DNA from: Chloroflexota bacterium
Lineage (GTDB): Bacteria > Chloroflexota > Dehalococcoidia > Lucifugimonadales > UBA3495
DNA: 64,000 nucleotides
Direction of reading: 5' to 3'
NCBI GenBank assembly: GCA_009837355.1
Contig: VXTR01000075.1
Span: 91,222-155,221 of the forward strand
Numbering within the stretch: position 1 is the stretch's first letter; each line of letters opens with the position of its first letter. The translations under genes were made by a program, and so were the position numbers. The notes under the pieces were generated by a model that made no database searches, was not told the DNA's origin, and saw only the letters and a list, made by a program, of their open reading frames with translations. Positions 41,748 to 49,895 of this stretch are shown one piece after another.

Positions 41748-42665
41748 ATGCCTGCCGCAAATGTAACTTCCCGCGTAGCGCCGCTGGACGCCTCGCCGCA
41801 GCCGCCGGACCTGCGGCTGCACGTGTTGCAGGACTACGACCTGGACGAGATTTTCGGGTACATCAACCCGCAGATGCTCTATGTGCGCCATCTGGGTTAC
41901 CGTGGACGTTTCAGCGAGGCGCTGGCCAACGACGAGCCCAAGGCGGTGGAACTAAGGCAGCAAGTGCAGCGGGTAGAGGACATCGTACTGTCTCGTTCCG
42001 ACATTGCAGCCAACGCCGTTTTCAAGTTTTTTCCCTGTCGGTCTGATGGGCAATGGTTGATTCTCTACCAGCCGGATGGGGCGGCCGAGCTGGCACGGTT
42101 TTACTTCGGCCGGCAGCGAGGGCGCGAAGGGCTGTGCCTGAGCGACTACGCCCGTCCGGTGGGAGATGGGCCGAATGACTACGTGGCAATGTTCGCTACT
42201 ACCGTAGGGCCGGGTGTGCGCGCCCTGTCGGAGCGATGGAAAGAGGCCGGGCGATATTTGGACTCCCATACACTGCAGGCGCTGGCGATAGAATCGGCAG
42301 AAGGGTTTGCCGAGTTGCTGCACAAGCGCATCCGCAGTATGTGGAACATCGGGGAGCAGTCAGGCTTAAAAGTGAGGGATGAGGAAGAGCTGCGCGATTT
42401 GTTCCGGGCAAACTACCGGGGCAAGCGCTACTCGTTCGGCTATCCGGCCTGCCCTCGCCTGGAAGACCAGGAAAAGCTGTTCGCGTTGCTGGACGTTACG
42501 GAAAACATCGGCGTGGAGCTGACTGACGGCTACATGATGGACCCGGAGGGGTCGGTGTCTGCGCTGGTTTTCCACCATCCCGACGCCAAGTACTTCAACC
42601 TGGACGAAGCGGATATTGAGCGGCTGGAATCGGAAGTAGCCGCTCTGCCGGAATCAAAGCGATAG
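41748..42665 (+). CDS. Methionine synthase reactivation (AdoMet-binding) domain as a separate polypeptide
   Basis: 305 aa, starting 6 nt after the metH stop with GAGGA upstream. ...RYSFGYPACPRLEDQEKLFALLD... resembles the MetH C-terminal activation domain. Confidence 0.8.
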   Translation: MPAANVTSRVAPLDASPQPPDLRLHVLQDYDLDEIFGYINPQMLYVRHLGYRGRFSEALANDEPKAVELRQQVQRVEDIVLSRSDIAANAVFKFFPCRSDGQWLILYQPDGAAELARFYFGRQRGREGLCLSDYARPVGDGPNDYVAMFATTVGPGVRALSERWKEAGRYLDSHTLQALAIESAEGFAELLHKRIRSMWNIGEQSGLKVRDEEELRDLFRANYRGKRYSFGYPACPRLEDQEKLFALLDVTENIGVELTDGYMMDPEGSVSALVFHHPDAKYFNLDEADIERLESEVAALPESKR

Positions 42666-42693
42666 GCGTTATGGAGCGCCAGGTATCGAATCA

Positions 42694-42727
42694 GCCCGCA
42701 GGTTTTTGGCCTACGGGCATTATTTTT
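42694..42727 (+). terminator. Terminator-like hairpin after the metH pair
   Basis: GCCCGCAGG-TTTTTGG-CCTACGGGC (9 bp with one mismatch), followed by ATTATTTTT. Confidence 0.5.
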
Positions 42728-42737
42728 GCGAGAGTGG

Positions 42738-44306
42738 ATGCACAGTACTGACATGATAACGCCCGCTAAAAACAACGGCGCGGGAGACGAGCGGTACACT
42801 GCCGTAATCGACGTCGGCTCCGGGTCGGCGCGGGCGGTAGTGATGCAGGTGAACCCCGGTGGCGGCGTAGAAATCGTTGCGCAACAGCGGGTGAACCTCA
42901 ACCTGATGAGCCACGTTAACGACGCGGGCATGATTGACGGGGCCGCGGTGTCCAGCACGCTAGACGCGCTGGAGGATTTCGCGCTGATTGCTCGCGGACA
43001 CGGCATCCAAGTCATACACGCCGTAGGCACGGCTGCGCTGCGAGAGTCGGGGAACGCAGCCGCAATCATTAACGCCGCCCTAGACCGTTTCGGAGTACCG
43101 CTGCGTCTGATTGACGGTCGCGATGAGGCGGCCTACTGTTTTATCGGGGCCATTCACGGGCTGCCAGTGGCCGGAGGCATTCTGGCGGACATCGGCGGAG
43201 GCAGCATGGAGATTGTGAGGTTCGGGCAGCGCGCCATCCTTGACAGCGTTTCCCTGCCACTGGGCAGCCTGCGCATCGCCAATCAGTTCCGCCTGAACGA
43301 CTTGCCAAAAGCCGCTGACGTGCACTCCGCCTACGAACACGTCCACACGACGCTGGCTGAGGCCGGCGTGCCGGCCTTATCTGCCGGCGAGTCGCTGGTG
43401 GGTTCCGGAGGGTCGGTGCGGCTGCTCTCGCGGCTGGACCGGGGACGGGAACCATATCCGATTATCAAGGTGCATGGATACCGGATTGACGCCAACGCTC
43501 TGTCGGAACAGGCGCGGGCCCTGGCGGTAGTATCCCGTAGTGAGCGTACGAAAATCGACGGGATGAACCCGGAACGCAGCCATTCCATCGTTGGCGGCGC
43601 GGTGGCAGCGCACGCACTGTCCCAATACGTCAATGGAGACAGCATCCTGGTGTCGGGGCAAGGGCTCAGGGAAGGGCTGGCCCGGCATCCAGGGCCGCTG
43701 CCGAGGGACTGCTCGGTCAGTGTGCCGCCGCTCTCCTTAGTCCGGATGGCGTCGTTGACCGACCTGGTAGCCAGGTTCGTGCCACGATTCTCGCAGCGTG
43801 GGGAACGCCGGGCTGCGCTGGCCGGCTGCATCGGGGCGCTGGCTTGGGAAAACCAGGAGCCCAAGATGACGTGGGCTCTGGAATGCGCGGCTTTTCTGCT
43901 GGACATTGGCAACGCTATCGATTTTTACAACCGTTTGAACCGCACTGCGAGTATAATAGTGCGGACCGACTTGCCGGGCTTCACGCACCGGGAATCGGCC
44001 CGGATAGCCGCGATCCTGCTGGAGTGCGAACGAGGTCGGATACCGCGCCGGTTCCGGCGATCCCGCTTGCTGCCCGGCGAGGATGTGCAACTCATCGAGC
44101 AGGCGGCGGTAATACTTGTCCTGGCCGACGAGTTGGACAGCCGCTTACCACCGGGTTGTCCAGCGAACGCGGTGCAGGCAGCGAGGCAGGGAGGCAAAAT
44201 GACGGTACGAACGCCGGGCTGGTCTGCGGTAGCGGCACCGGAGCTATCGGCTCGTTGGCTAAAGGCATTCGGGGAAAACATCCAGGTTACGAGGTGTGAA
44301 AAATGA
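42738..44306 (+). CDS. Ppx/GppA-family phosphatase
   Basis: ORF 42726..44306; ATG 42738 or 42753 are the likely starts. Contains AVIDVGSGSARAVVMQV...AVGTAALRESGN...ILADIGGGSMEIV (ASKHA fold) and a C-terminal HD-like region. Confidence 0.85.
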   Translation: MHSTDMITPAKNNGAGDERYTAVIDVGSGSARAVVMQVNPGGGVEIVAQQRVNLNLMSHVNDAGMIDGAAVSSTLDALEDFALIARGHGIQVIHAVGTAALRESGNAAAIINAALDRFGVPLRLIDGRDEAAYCFIGAIHGLPVAGGILADIGGGSMEIVRFGQRAILDSVSLPLGSLRIANQFRLNDLPKAADVHSAYEHVHTTLAEAGVPALSAGESLVGSGGSVRLLSRLDRGREPYPIIKVHGYRIDANALSEQARALAVVSRSERTKIDGMNPERSHSIVGGAVAAHALSQYVNGDSILVSGQGLREGLARHPGPLPRDCSVSVPPLSLVRMASLTDLVARFVPRFSQRGERRAALAGCIGALAWENQEPKMTWALECAAFLLDIGNAIDFYNRLNRTASIIVRTDLPGFTHRESARIAAILLECERGRIPRRFRRSRLLPGEDVQLIEQAAVILVLADELDSRLPPGCPANAVQAARQGGKMTVRTPGWSAVAAPELSARWLKAFGENIQVTRCEK

Positions 44307-45127
44307 CTACGCTGCAAGCGCATCTGGCCTACAAGATGGGCGAACGCTACGGCAAGCATCCGGACGACGGGCACTATCCGGGCAAGCTGATTATCGTGGA
44401 AGGCATTGACGGATCGGGCAAGAGCACGCAGATTGACCTGCTGCAAAAGTGGCTTAACAGCCGGAACCTGGTGACGGTGTTCACCGAATGGAATTCGTCA
44501 CCCATCGTGCGGCGCACGACCAAACGAGGTAAAACGGAGGAGTTGCTAACACCGATGTCCTTCAGCCTCATCCATGCCGCCGATTTCGCCAACCGGGTTC
44601 ACGCGCAGATACTGCCGGCGTTGCGAGCCGGGGCCATCGTGCTGGCTGACCGCTACGTCTTTACGGCTTTCGCCAGGGATTCGGCGCGGGGAGTGAACCG
44701 TGATTGGCTGCGTCGGATTTATTCCTTTGCGGTGCAGCCGTCGTTGGCGCTTTACTTCAAAGTGCCCCTGGACGTGTCAATCCATCGCATCAATACGGGC
44801 CGCGAGGAACTCGGATATTACGAATCGGGACAGGACATGGGCTTTTCCAGCGACCGGGAAGAGTCGTTCCGCATCTTCCAGGGCAGGCTGTTGGAAGAGT
44901 ACGACGCCATGACGGAAGAGTTCGGCTTGATGACCGTCGACGCCACGCAGCCGATTGCGGTGCAGCAGCAGTTGGTGCGTCGCTACGTGGAGCCGCTGAT
45001 TGGCGAAGCTATGTCCGCAGGCGACCAGAGCGTGCCCGAGGCGCTGGGGCAGGCCGGTCTAAGCGGCCGGTACATTACTCCGCCGATGCGGCGGCGTCCC
45101 ACCGAGCAGGAAGTGGCCGATCTATAG
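44303..45127 (+). CDS. Thymidylate-kinase-like P-loop kinase, paralog 1
   Basis: Its ATG overlaps the ppx stop (ATGA). Contains GKLIIVEGIDGSGKSTQ (Walker A) and LADRYVFTAFA (DRY motif). At 274 aa it carries a C-terminal extension beyond a typical Tmk. Confidence 0.7.
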   Translation: MTTLQAHLAYKMGERYGKHPDDGHYPGKLIIVEGIDGSGKSTQIDLLQKWLNSRNLVTVFTEWNSSPIVRRTTKRGKTEELLTPMSFSLIHAADFANRVHAQILPALRAGAIVLADRYVFTAFARDSARGVNRDWLRRIYSFAVQPSLALYFKVPLDVSIHRINTGREELGYYESGQDMGFSSDREESFRIFQGRLLEEYDAMTEEFGLMTVDATQPIAVQQQLVRRYVEPLIGEAMSAGDQSVPEALGQAGLSGRYITPPMRRRPTEQEVADL

Positions 45128-45174
45128 GACGAAGGCGACCCGGGTACCAGCGCTGACGAATTGAGAGCGATGAT

Positions 45175-45873
45175 ATGGATGCAATCAGGTTTTACGGACA
45201 CACTCCGCCCAGCATTGCCGGAGAGGCGACTCCGGGACGGCTAATCGTGCTGGAAGGCACGGATGGAGTGGGACGGTCGACACAGATTGGGATGTTGCAG
45301 GAATGGCTGGAAGCGGAAGGGTACGCGGTAACGGTAACCGGGTTCAGGCGCTCCGAGCTGGCGGCCATGGGGATCAACCGGGCCATGCGGGGGAACACGC
45401 TGGACGCCCTGACCCTCAACCTGTTTTACGCCACGGACTTTTGGGACCGGCTGGAAAAGAGCATCGTACCGGCGCTGCGGACGGGGATGGTGGCACTGGT
45501 TGACCGGTACATCTTTTCCATCATAGCGCGCGCGCGTGTGAGGGGAGTACCGGCCAGGTGGTTAGACGACGTGTTTGAGTTCGCGGCTATTCCGGACCGT
45601 GTTCTCTACCTGGACGTTGACGTGGAACAGCTTCTGCCGAGAGTGCTTGCGGTGCGACAGCTGGATCATTGGGAGTCAGGGGAGGATTTCCTCAGAGGGC
45701 CCGACCTGCACGACAACTTCATTCGATACCAGAGCGCATTGCTCGAAGAATTCAGAAAGCTGGCCAAGGAGCACGACTTCACGACCATCGACGCCCGTGG
45801 CAGCGTGGGTGAAGTGTTCCAGGCGTTGCAAAAGGAAGTGCGCGAGGCAGTGAAAGACATGGGCCAACAGTGA
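45175..45873 (+). CDS. Thymidylate-kinase-like P-loop protein, paralog 2 (Walker A Lys replaced by Arg)
   Basis: Contains GRLIVLEGTDGVGRSTQ and VDRYIFSIIA. It shares the ...WESGEDF / YYESGQDM segment with paralog 1. Confidence 0.65.
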   Translation: MDAIRFYGHTPPSIAGEATPGRLIVLEGTDGVGRSTQIGMLQEWLEAEGYAVTVTGFRRSELAAMGINRAMRGNTLDALTLNLFYATDFWDRLEKSIVPALRTGMVALVDRYIFSIIARARVRGVPARWLDDVFEFAAIPDRVLYLDVDVEQLLPRVLAVRQLDHWESGEDFLRGPDLHDNFIRYQSALLEEFRKLAKEHDFTTIDARGSVGEVFQALQKEVREAVKDMGQQ

Positions 45874-45895
45874 CGTTGGCCCCGTCAACGTGACC

Positions 45896-47038
45896 TTACA
45901 GGCCCAAGGCGTCCGCCAGTCTCCGGCGGTGAAACCTGGGGTCGCCGAGGAACTGGTACAGGGTGCGGGAGGCTGTGGTGTGCAGCGTGAGGCCGTACTC
46001 GGTGGTGCTGCCCACGCCGGCGTGCACTTCGTGGGCGTGGTTGCAGGCGTTGTAGTAGGCGACGCTGCTAACGGTTTTGGCCAGGTGAATACTGTCGGCG
46101 GCATCGCGCTCGGTGTCCAGCTTCCATAGGGCTTCGTAGGTGGTCCAGCGGGCCGAGTCCAGCTCGTTGACCAAATTGATGATGTGGTCCTGCACTCTCT
46201 GGAAGCGTCCGATGGGAGTGCCGAACTGAATACGGGTCCGGCTGTACTCCACAGACATCTCGTAGACTTGCTGAGACCCGCCCACCTGGTAGGCGCAGAG
46301 CAGCGGAATAGCGTTGGCTACGGCCCGCTCCACGGCGAGCCAGCCGCCGGCGAATGGGCTTTCTCCGGGCATGGCCCGTCCCGACAACACTGAAGACTGC
46401 CCGATTTGCACGCCGTCCAGCCTGACCTCGGCCAGGTTCCAGGCAAAGCCTTCCAGCCGACGGATGGAAACGCCGGGCGCGTCGGCGGGGACCAGGGCCA
46501 GGCCGACGTGCTGTCGGTTCTCCGTCCGCACGGCGCAGATGAGGTCGGTGGCCGCCGCCGCGTCGTACACGTACACCTTGGTGCCGGAGATGCGGTAACC
46601 GTCGCCGTCAGTGGCGGCAATGGCCTGAACGTCGGACTCGTCCCACTGATAATCCGCCTCGGTGATGGCCAGGGCAATGGTACGGCGGCCGGCGGCGACG
46701 TCGGGGAGCAGTCCACGCTTCTGCTCTTCGGTGCCGGCCTCAAGAATCGCCAGGGCGCCCAGGGCGGCAGTGCTGATGTGCGGGCCTGGAACCGGGCCGC
46801 GACCCAACTCCTCAAACAGGACTCCGGCATCGGTAAAGGAACCGCCTTCACCACCGTATTCGGTGGGTATGATGATGCCGAGCCAGCCAGTGGCAGCCAG
46901 CTTTGACCAGGGTTCCGAGGGCGCGTTCTGGCCGGTGGCTTGCAATTCCAGCAACGTCTCTTTGGGATACTCGGTATCCACGAAACGGCGGACGGCCGCT
47001 TTCAGCATTTCCTGTTCTTCGGTAAGAGACAAATCCAT
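45896..47038 (-). CDS. Acyl-CoA dehydrogenase
   Basis: ORF 45896..47245; start at ATG 47038. Contains MDLSLTEEQEMLKAAVRRFVD... and the C-terminal ...YEMSVEYSRTRIQFGTPIGRFQ. Confidence 0.9.
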   Translation of the reverse strand: MDLSLTEEQEMLKAAVRRFVDTEYPKETLLELQATGQNAPSEPWSKLAATGWLGIIIPTEYGGEGGSFTDAGVLFEELGRGPVPGPHISTAALGALAILEAGTEEQKRGLLPDVAAGRRTIALAITEADYQWDESDVQAIAATDGDGYRISGTKVYVYDAAAATDLICAVRTENRQHVGLALVPADAPGVSIRRLEGFAWNLAEVRLDGVQIGQSSVLSGRAMPGESPFAGGWLAVERAVANAIPLLCAYQVGGSQQVYEMSVEYSRTRIQFGTPIGRFQRVQDHIINLVNELDSARWTTYEALWKLDTERDAADSIHLAKTVSSVAYYNACNHAHEVHAGVGSTTEYGLTLHTTASRTLYQFLGDPRFHRRRLADALGL

Positions 47039-47064
47039 TGCCGGGTTACTCCTGCTTTTCGTAG

Positions 47065-47092
47065 GTAGGGGCGACCCATGAGTCGCCCCTAC
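47065..47092. repeat. Perfect 11-bp-stem palindrome between the two acyl-CoA dehydrogenase genes
   Basis: GTAGGGGCGAC-CCATGA-GTCGCCCCTAC. It shares the GGGGCGA/TCGCCCC core with the palindrome at 32515. Confidence 0.8.
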
Positions 47093-47114
47093 GGTAATCA
47101 CACTATGGGCCGGT

Positions 47115-48347
47115 CTAGGCCAGGGCGCCGGCGCGCTCCCGCTGCTGCCGCCCGATGCCGATGCGTCGGGACATGATGACTTTCTGGATATCGGTGGTGC
47201 CACCGGGGTGGAGGGCGATGATGGCGGCACGCTGATGGGCTTCAATGTGGCCCTCGCCGGCGCCCCACTGGGCGTCTTTAGTGAGGGCAGCCGGGCCGAG
47301 GATATCCAGGATGCCGGTGGCGATGCGCAGTCCGGACTGCTTGCGGAAGTACGATGCCTGGGGGCCTTCGTAGGTGACCTGGGCGCCGCTGTGTCGCATC
47401 CAGTAGTTGCGGAGCTGGAACAGCCGACCGATTTCGGCGTCGATGTAGATGTCGATAAGGCTCTCGCGGATGTCCGAGTCTTTGCTCAGCGGTTCACCCC
47501 GACGGTTGTTGGACTTGCAGTAGTCGAAGATGCGGTCGACAATCCAGTTGCGGCCAATTTTGCCACCGGTGCCGTGCTCCAGTTCCAAGTGGGTGGTGGC
47601 CACTTTCCAGCCTTCGTTTTCGCCGCCGATAAGGTTCTTTGCGGGGACGCGCACGTTGTCAAAATAGACGATGTTCTTGACGCCGGAACCGGCGCCGGAC
47701 TCGCCGGCGGAGGACAGCAAATCCATGGGGAACACGCTGATGCCGGGCAGGTCGGAGGGCACCATGAACCAACTGAGGTTGTGGTGGCGGTCGCCCTCCG
47801 GGTCGGTGCAGGTGATGGTCCACATATAGTCGGAGCCATGGGCGCTGCCGACATAGACTTTCTGGCCGTTGATGACGTAGTCGTCGCCGTCGCGCCGGGC
47901 CGATGCCTTGGCGTTGGCGAGGTCGGAGCCGGCCTCCGGTTCGGTGAGCAGCTGCCAGGTGCGGATTTGCCCCTTGAAAATCTTGGGCAGAAATTCCTGC
48001 TTCTGCTCTTCAGAACCCCAAACCAGGATGGAGTTGCCGCCGAGGCGTCCGCCGGAGTCGTAATAGGGAGGCAGGGACAGGTTGTAGCCGTCGATTTCCT
48101 CTTCCAGCACGACGGAGTGATCAACGGTGAGGCCGCCGCCGCCGTATTCTTCGGGCGCGGTGGGCCAGAGCCAGCCCTTTTCGCCCAGCCGCCGGCCCAA
48201 GTCGCGACGGAGCTGGTACTGCTCGTAGGTCAGGTCGGAGGAGTCGGCGGGATGCTCGATGCCGGTGGGAATGTTGTCGCGGAGCCATTCCTGCACTTCG
48301 GTGCGGAAGGCCTCCTGCTCGGCGGTATAACGGGGTTCAAAGTCCAT
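47115..48347 (-). CDS. Acyl-CoA dehydrogenase
   Basis: 410 aa. Contains MDFEPRYTAEQEAFRTEVQEWL...LTEPEAGSDLA... Confidence 0.9.
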   Translation of the reverse strand: MDFEPRYTAEQEAFRTEVQEWLRDNIPTGIEHPADSSDLTYEQYQLRRDLGRRLGEKGWLWPTAPEEYGGGGLTVDHSVVLEEEIDGYNLSLPPYYDSGGRLGGNSILVWGSEEQKQEFLPKIFKGQIRTWQLLTEPEAGSDLANAKASARRDGDDYVINGQKVYVGSAHGSDYMWTITCTDPEGDRHHNLSWFMVPSDLPGISVFPMDLLSSAGESGAGSGVKNIVYFDNVRVPAKNLIGGENEGWKVATTHLELEHGTGGKIGRNWIVDRIFDYCKSNNRRGEPLSKDSDIRESLIDIYIDAEIGRLFQLRNYWMRHSGAQVTYEGPQASYFRKQSGLRIATGILDILGPAALTKDAQWGAGEGHIEAHQRAAIIALHPGGTTDIQKVIMSRRIGIGRQQRERAGALA

Positions 48348-48494
48348 GGTGTCCCTCGGGCCGGCGCATCCGCCGGTGATGTCAGGTAGGGTTCAGGCGG
48401 CAATTATGCCTTATGGGGCAGGAAGGGGCAACCGGGGCCAGCGTCCGGCGCATGCCCGGTTGCCGACACCCCGTTAGGGGATTTTTGTGAAAAC

Positions 48495-48524
48495 CCTTTC
48501 ATTTCCTCTCATTTTCTCTCATTT
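48495..48524. repeat. Three tandem 10-bp direct repeats (iteron-like)
   Basis: CCTTTCATTT / CCTCTCATTT / TCTCTCATTT, back to back with a 10-bp period. Confidence 0.8.
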
Positions 48525-48810
48525 GAGTAGGGACTGGACGTGAGTCGTGGGGGTGAGTGGGAGCGGATTGAGTCGTTTTGGGGCCGATATTGGCGGTTTT
48601 GAGAGGCCGGTGAGAGGATTTGGGAGATGGGGTCGTGGGGCTGTCGGATTAGGTTTTTCATGGACGGACAGGATTAAGGAGATGGGGGTTGGGTTAATGC
48701 GATGTCGGCTTGGGAGCGTTGGGTAATATGGTAGGCGTGGATGGAGGATCTAAGCAAGGGGAAAGTGTCAGCAGTTGGCACCGTGGGTACGCGCAAGGGG
48801 GATTTTGGGG

Positions 48811-48861
48811 TTGACGGCCAACTTCGTATGTCGTATGCTGGGAATAGACATACAGCATACG
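48811..48861 (+). promoter_or_regulatory. Promoter with an overlapping inverted-repeat operator for the RHH gene
   Basis: TTGACG (48811-48816), a 17-nt spacer, then TATGCT (48834-48839). A perfect 9-bp inverted repeat CGTATGCTG (48832-48840) N12 CAGCATACG (48853-48861) overlaps it. The GTATG/CATAC core occurs four times. GGAGG lies at 48873 and the ATG at 48882. Confidence 0.6.
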
Positions 48862-48881
48862 ATTGTACGGCGGAGGTCGAT

Positions 48882-49544
48882 ATGCGAATAGGCATTAACA
48901 TACCCAACGAACTAATGAAGCGGCTGGAGCCGCTCAAGCCGGAGTTGAACATCTCTCAGGTTTGCCGGGAGGCGCTTGCGGCCAAAGCAGAGCAGTACGA
49001 ACGCGCTATCACTGACCTTAATGATGACGACACCAAATCAGCCTTGGAACGTACTAGCTCAGAGGAAATTCGGCGGCTGTCATTGCTCAATGTCAATTGG
49101 GCTGAGTTAGGTTATCAAGACGCAGTTGCATGGGTGAAAGCAGCAACTTGGAAGGACTGGAACCATTGGCGGAGCATCCAAGATCTACTCCAACGGCAGA
49201 ACCGACCTGCATGGGACATCCAACCACGCCTGTTCGACGGGACGGTGGAAGATGTTAAGTATCATGGTGACCGTCTTCATGACTTCCACGATCTCATTTT
49301 TGAACAAAGCGATGAGTTCTTCGAATGGATGGACGACAACGGCCTTGAAATTGATTGGCGCGACGTTGCACGGGAGCACAAACAGGCTTGGTTCGCCTAC
49401 GTTGAAGCCGCTTGGCGGCTAATTCAACAGCAGCGTGACGACCATTTCGAGGAGATTCGCAAGGAACGGCTGACTAGGCACATGGCCCGTTCCCAACCAG
49501 AGATACCGGAGCACATTTTGTCCGACATCTCCCGAACGAGCTAG
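48882..49544 (+). CDS. Ribbon-helix-helix (CopG/Arc-like) N-terminal domain protein with a ~170-aa acidic, Trp-rich C-terminal domain of unknown function
   Basis: ORF 48741..49544; start at ATG 48882 after GGAGG. MRIGINIPNELMKRLEPLKPELNISQVCREALAAKAEQYE fits the RHH beta-alpha-alpha pattern. I do not recognise the remainder. GC is about 51% by hand count over 48961-49320. Confidence 0.6.
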   Translation: MRIGINIPNELMKRLEPLKPELNISQVCREALAAKAEQYERAITDLNDDDTKSALERTSSEEIRRLSLLNVNWAELGYQDAVAWVKAATWKDWNHWRSIQDLLQRQNRPAWDIQPRLFDGTVEDVKYHGDRLHDFHDLIFEQSDEFFEWMDDNGLEIDWRDVAREHKQAWFAYVEAAWRLIQQQRDDHFEEIRKERLTRHMARSQPEIPEHILSDISRTS

Positions 49545-49597
49545 CTCACTCAATGCCCGCACAGGACCTACGCAAAGGGTAAGAGGGATTGAAAACG

Positions 49598-49852
49598 ATG
49601 TCCCGAAAATGCGTTGGTTCAATGGCAAAGAGGGAGCGTGTGCGCCGTAAAAGTCATCGGCATACCTGCAAAGGCAAGGCAAATCATCACACGAAAGAGG
49701 ACGCTTTTGCCTATCTACGCCACGAAAGAAAGGCTGGAAAAACCGATCTAAGAGTTTACCGGTGTTCGAATTGCCGAAAGTATCATCTCGGAAATGCGGC
49801 TGGAGCTAGGATTCATCACGTTTTGGATTCCTTATCTGCCAGTGAATGTTGA
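49598..49852 (+). CDS. Small basic Cys/His-rich hypothetical protein
   Basis: ORF 49589..49852; ATG 49598 lies about 10 nt after GAGGG. The product reads MSRKCVGSMAKRERVRRKSHRHTCKGKANHH...LRVYRCSNCRKYHLG, with possible zinc ligands HTC...CxxCxxxH. It is in the low-GC islet. Confidence 0.45.
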   Translation: MSRKCVGSMAKRERVRRKSHRHTCKGKANHHTKEDAFAYLRHERKAGKTDLRVYRCSNCRKYHLGNAAGARIHHVLDSLSASEC

Positions 49853-49895
49853 CGAAAGCAAGATCAGGAATGGCGCGTTGTTCGAGGCTACCCGG

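Noticed and set aside
47208-48389. 393-aa plus-strand ORF. The same applies to 49998..51254 (418 aa), 8382..9386 (334 aa), 294..1070 and 1273..2178.
   Set aside because: All are antisense or out-of-frame shadows of confidently identified genes (acyl-CoA dehydrogenase, D-aminoacylase, SDR, topA) and have no motifs.
48674-48952. 92-aa minus-strand ORF across the islet promoter
   Set aside because: It runs antisense through the promoter, operator and RBS of the RHH gene in the C-poor tract. Its product is Ser/Pro/Leu-rich with no motif and no RBS.
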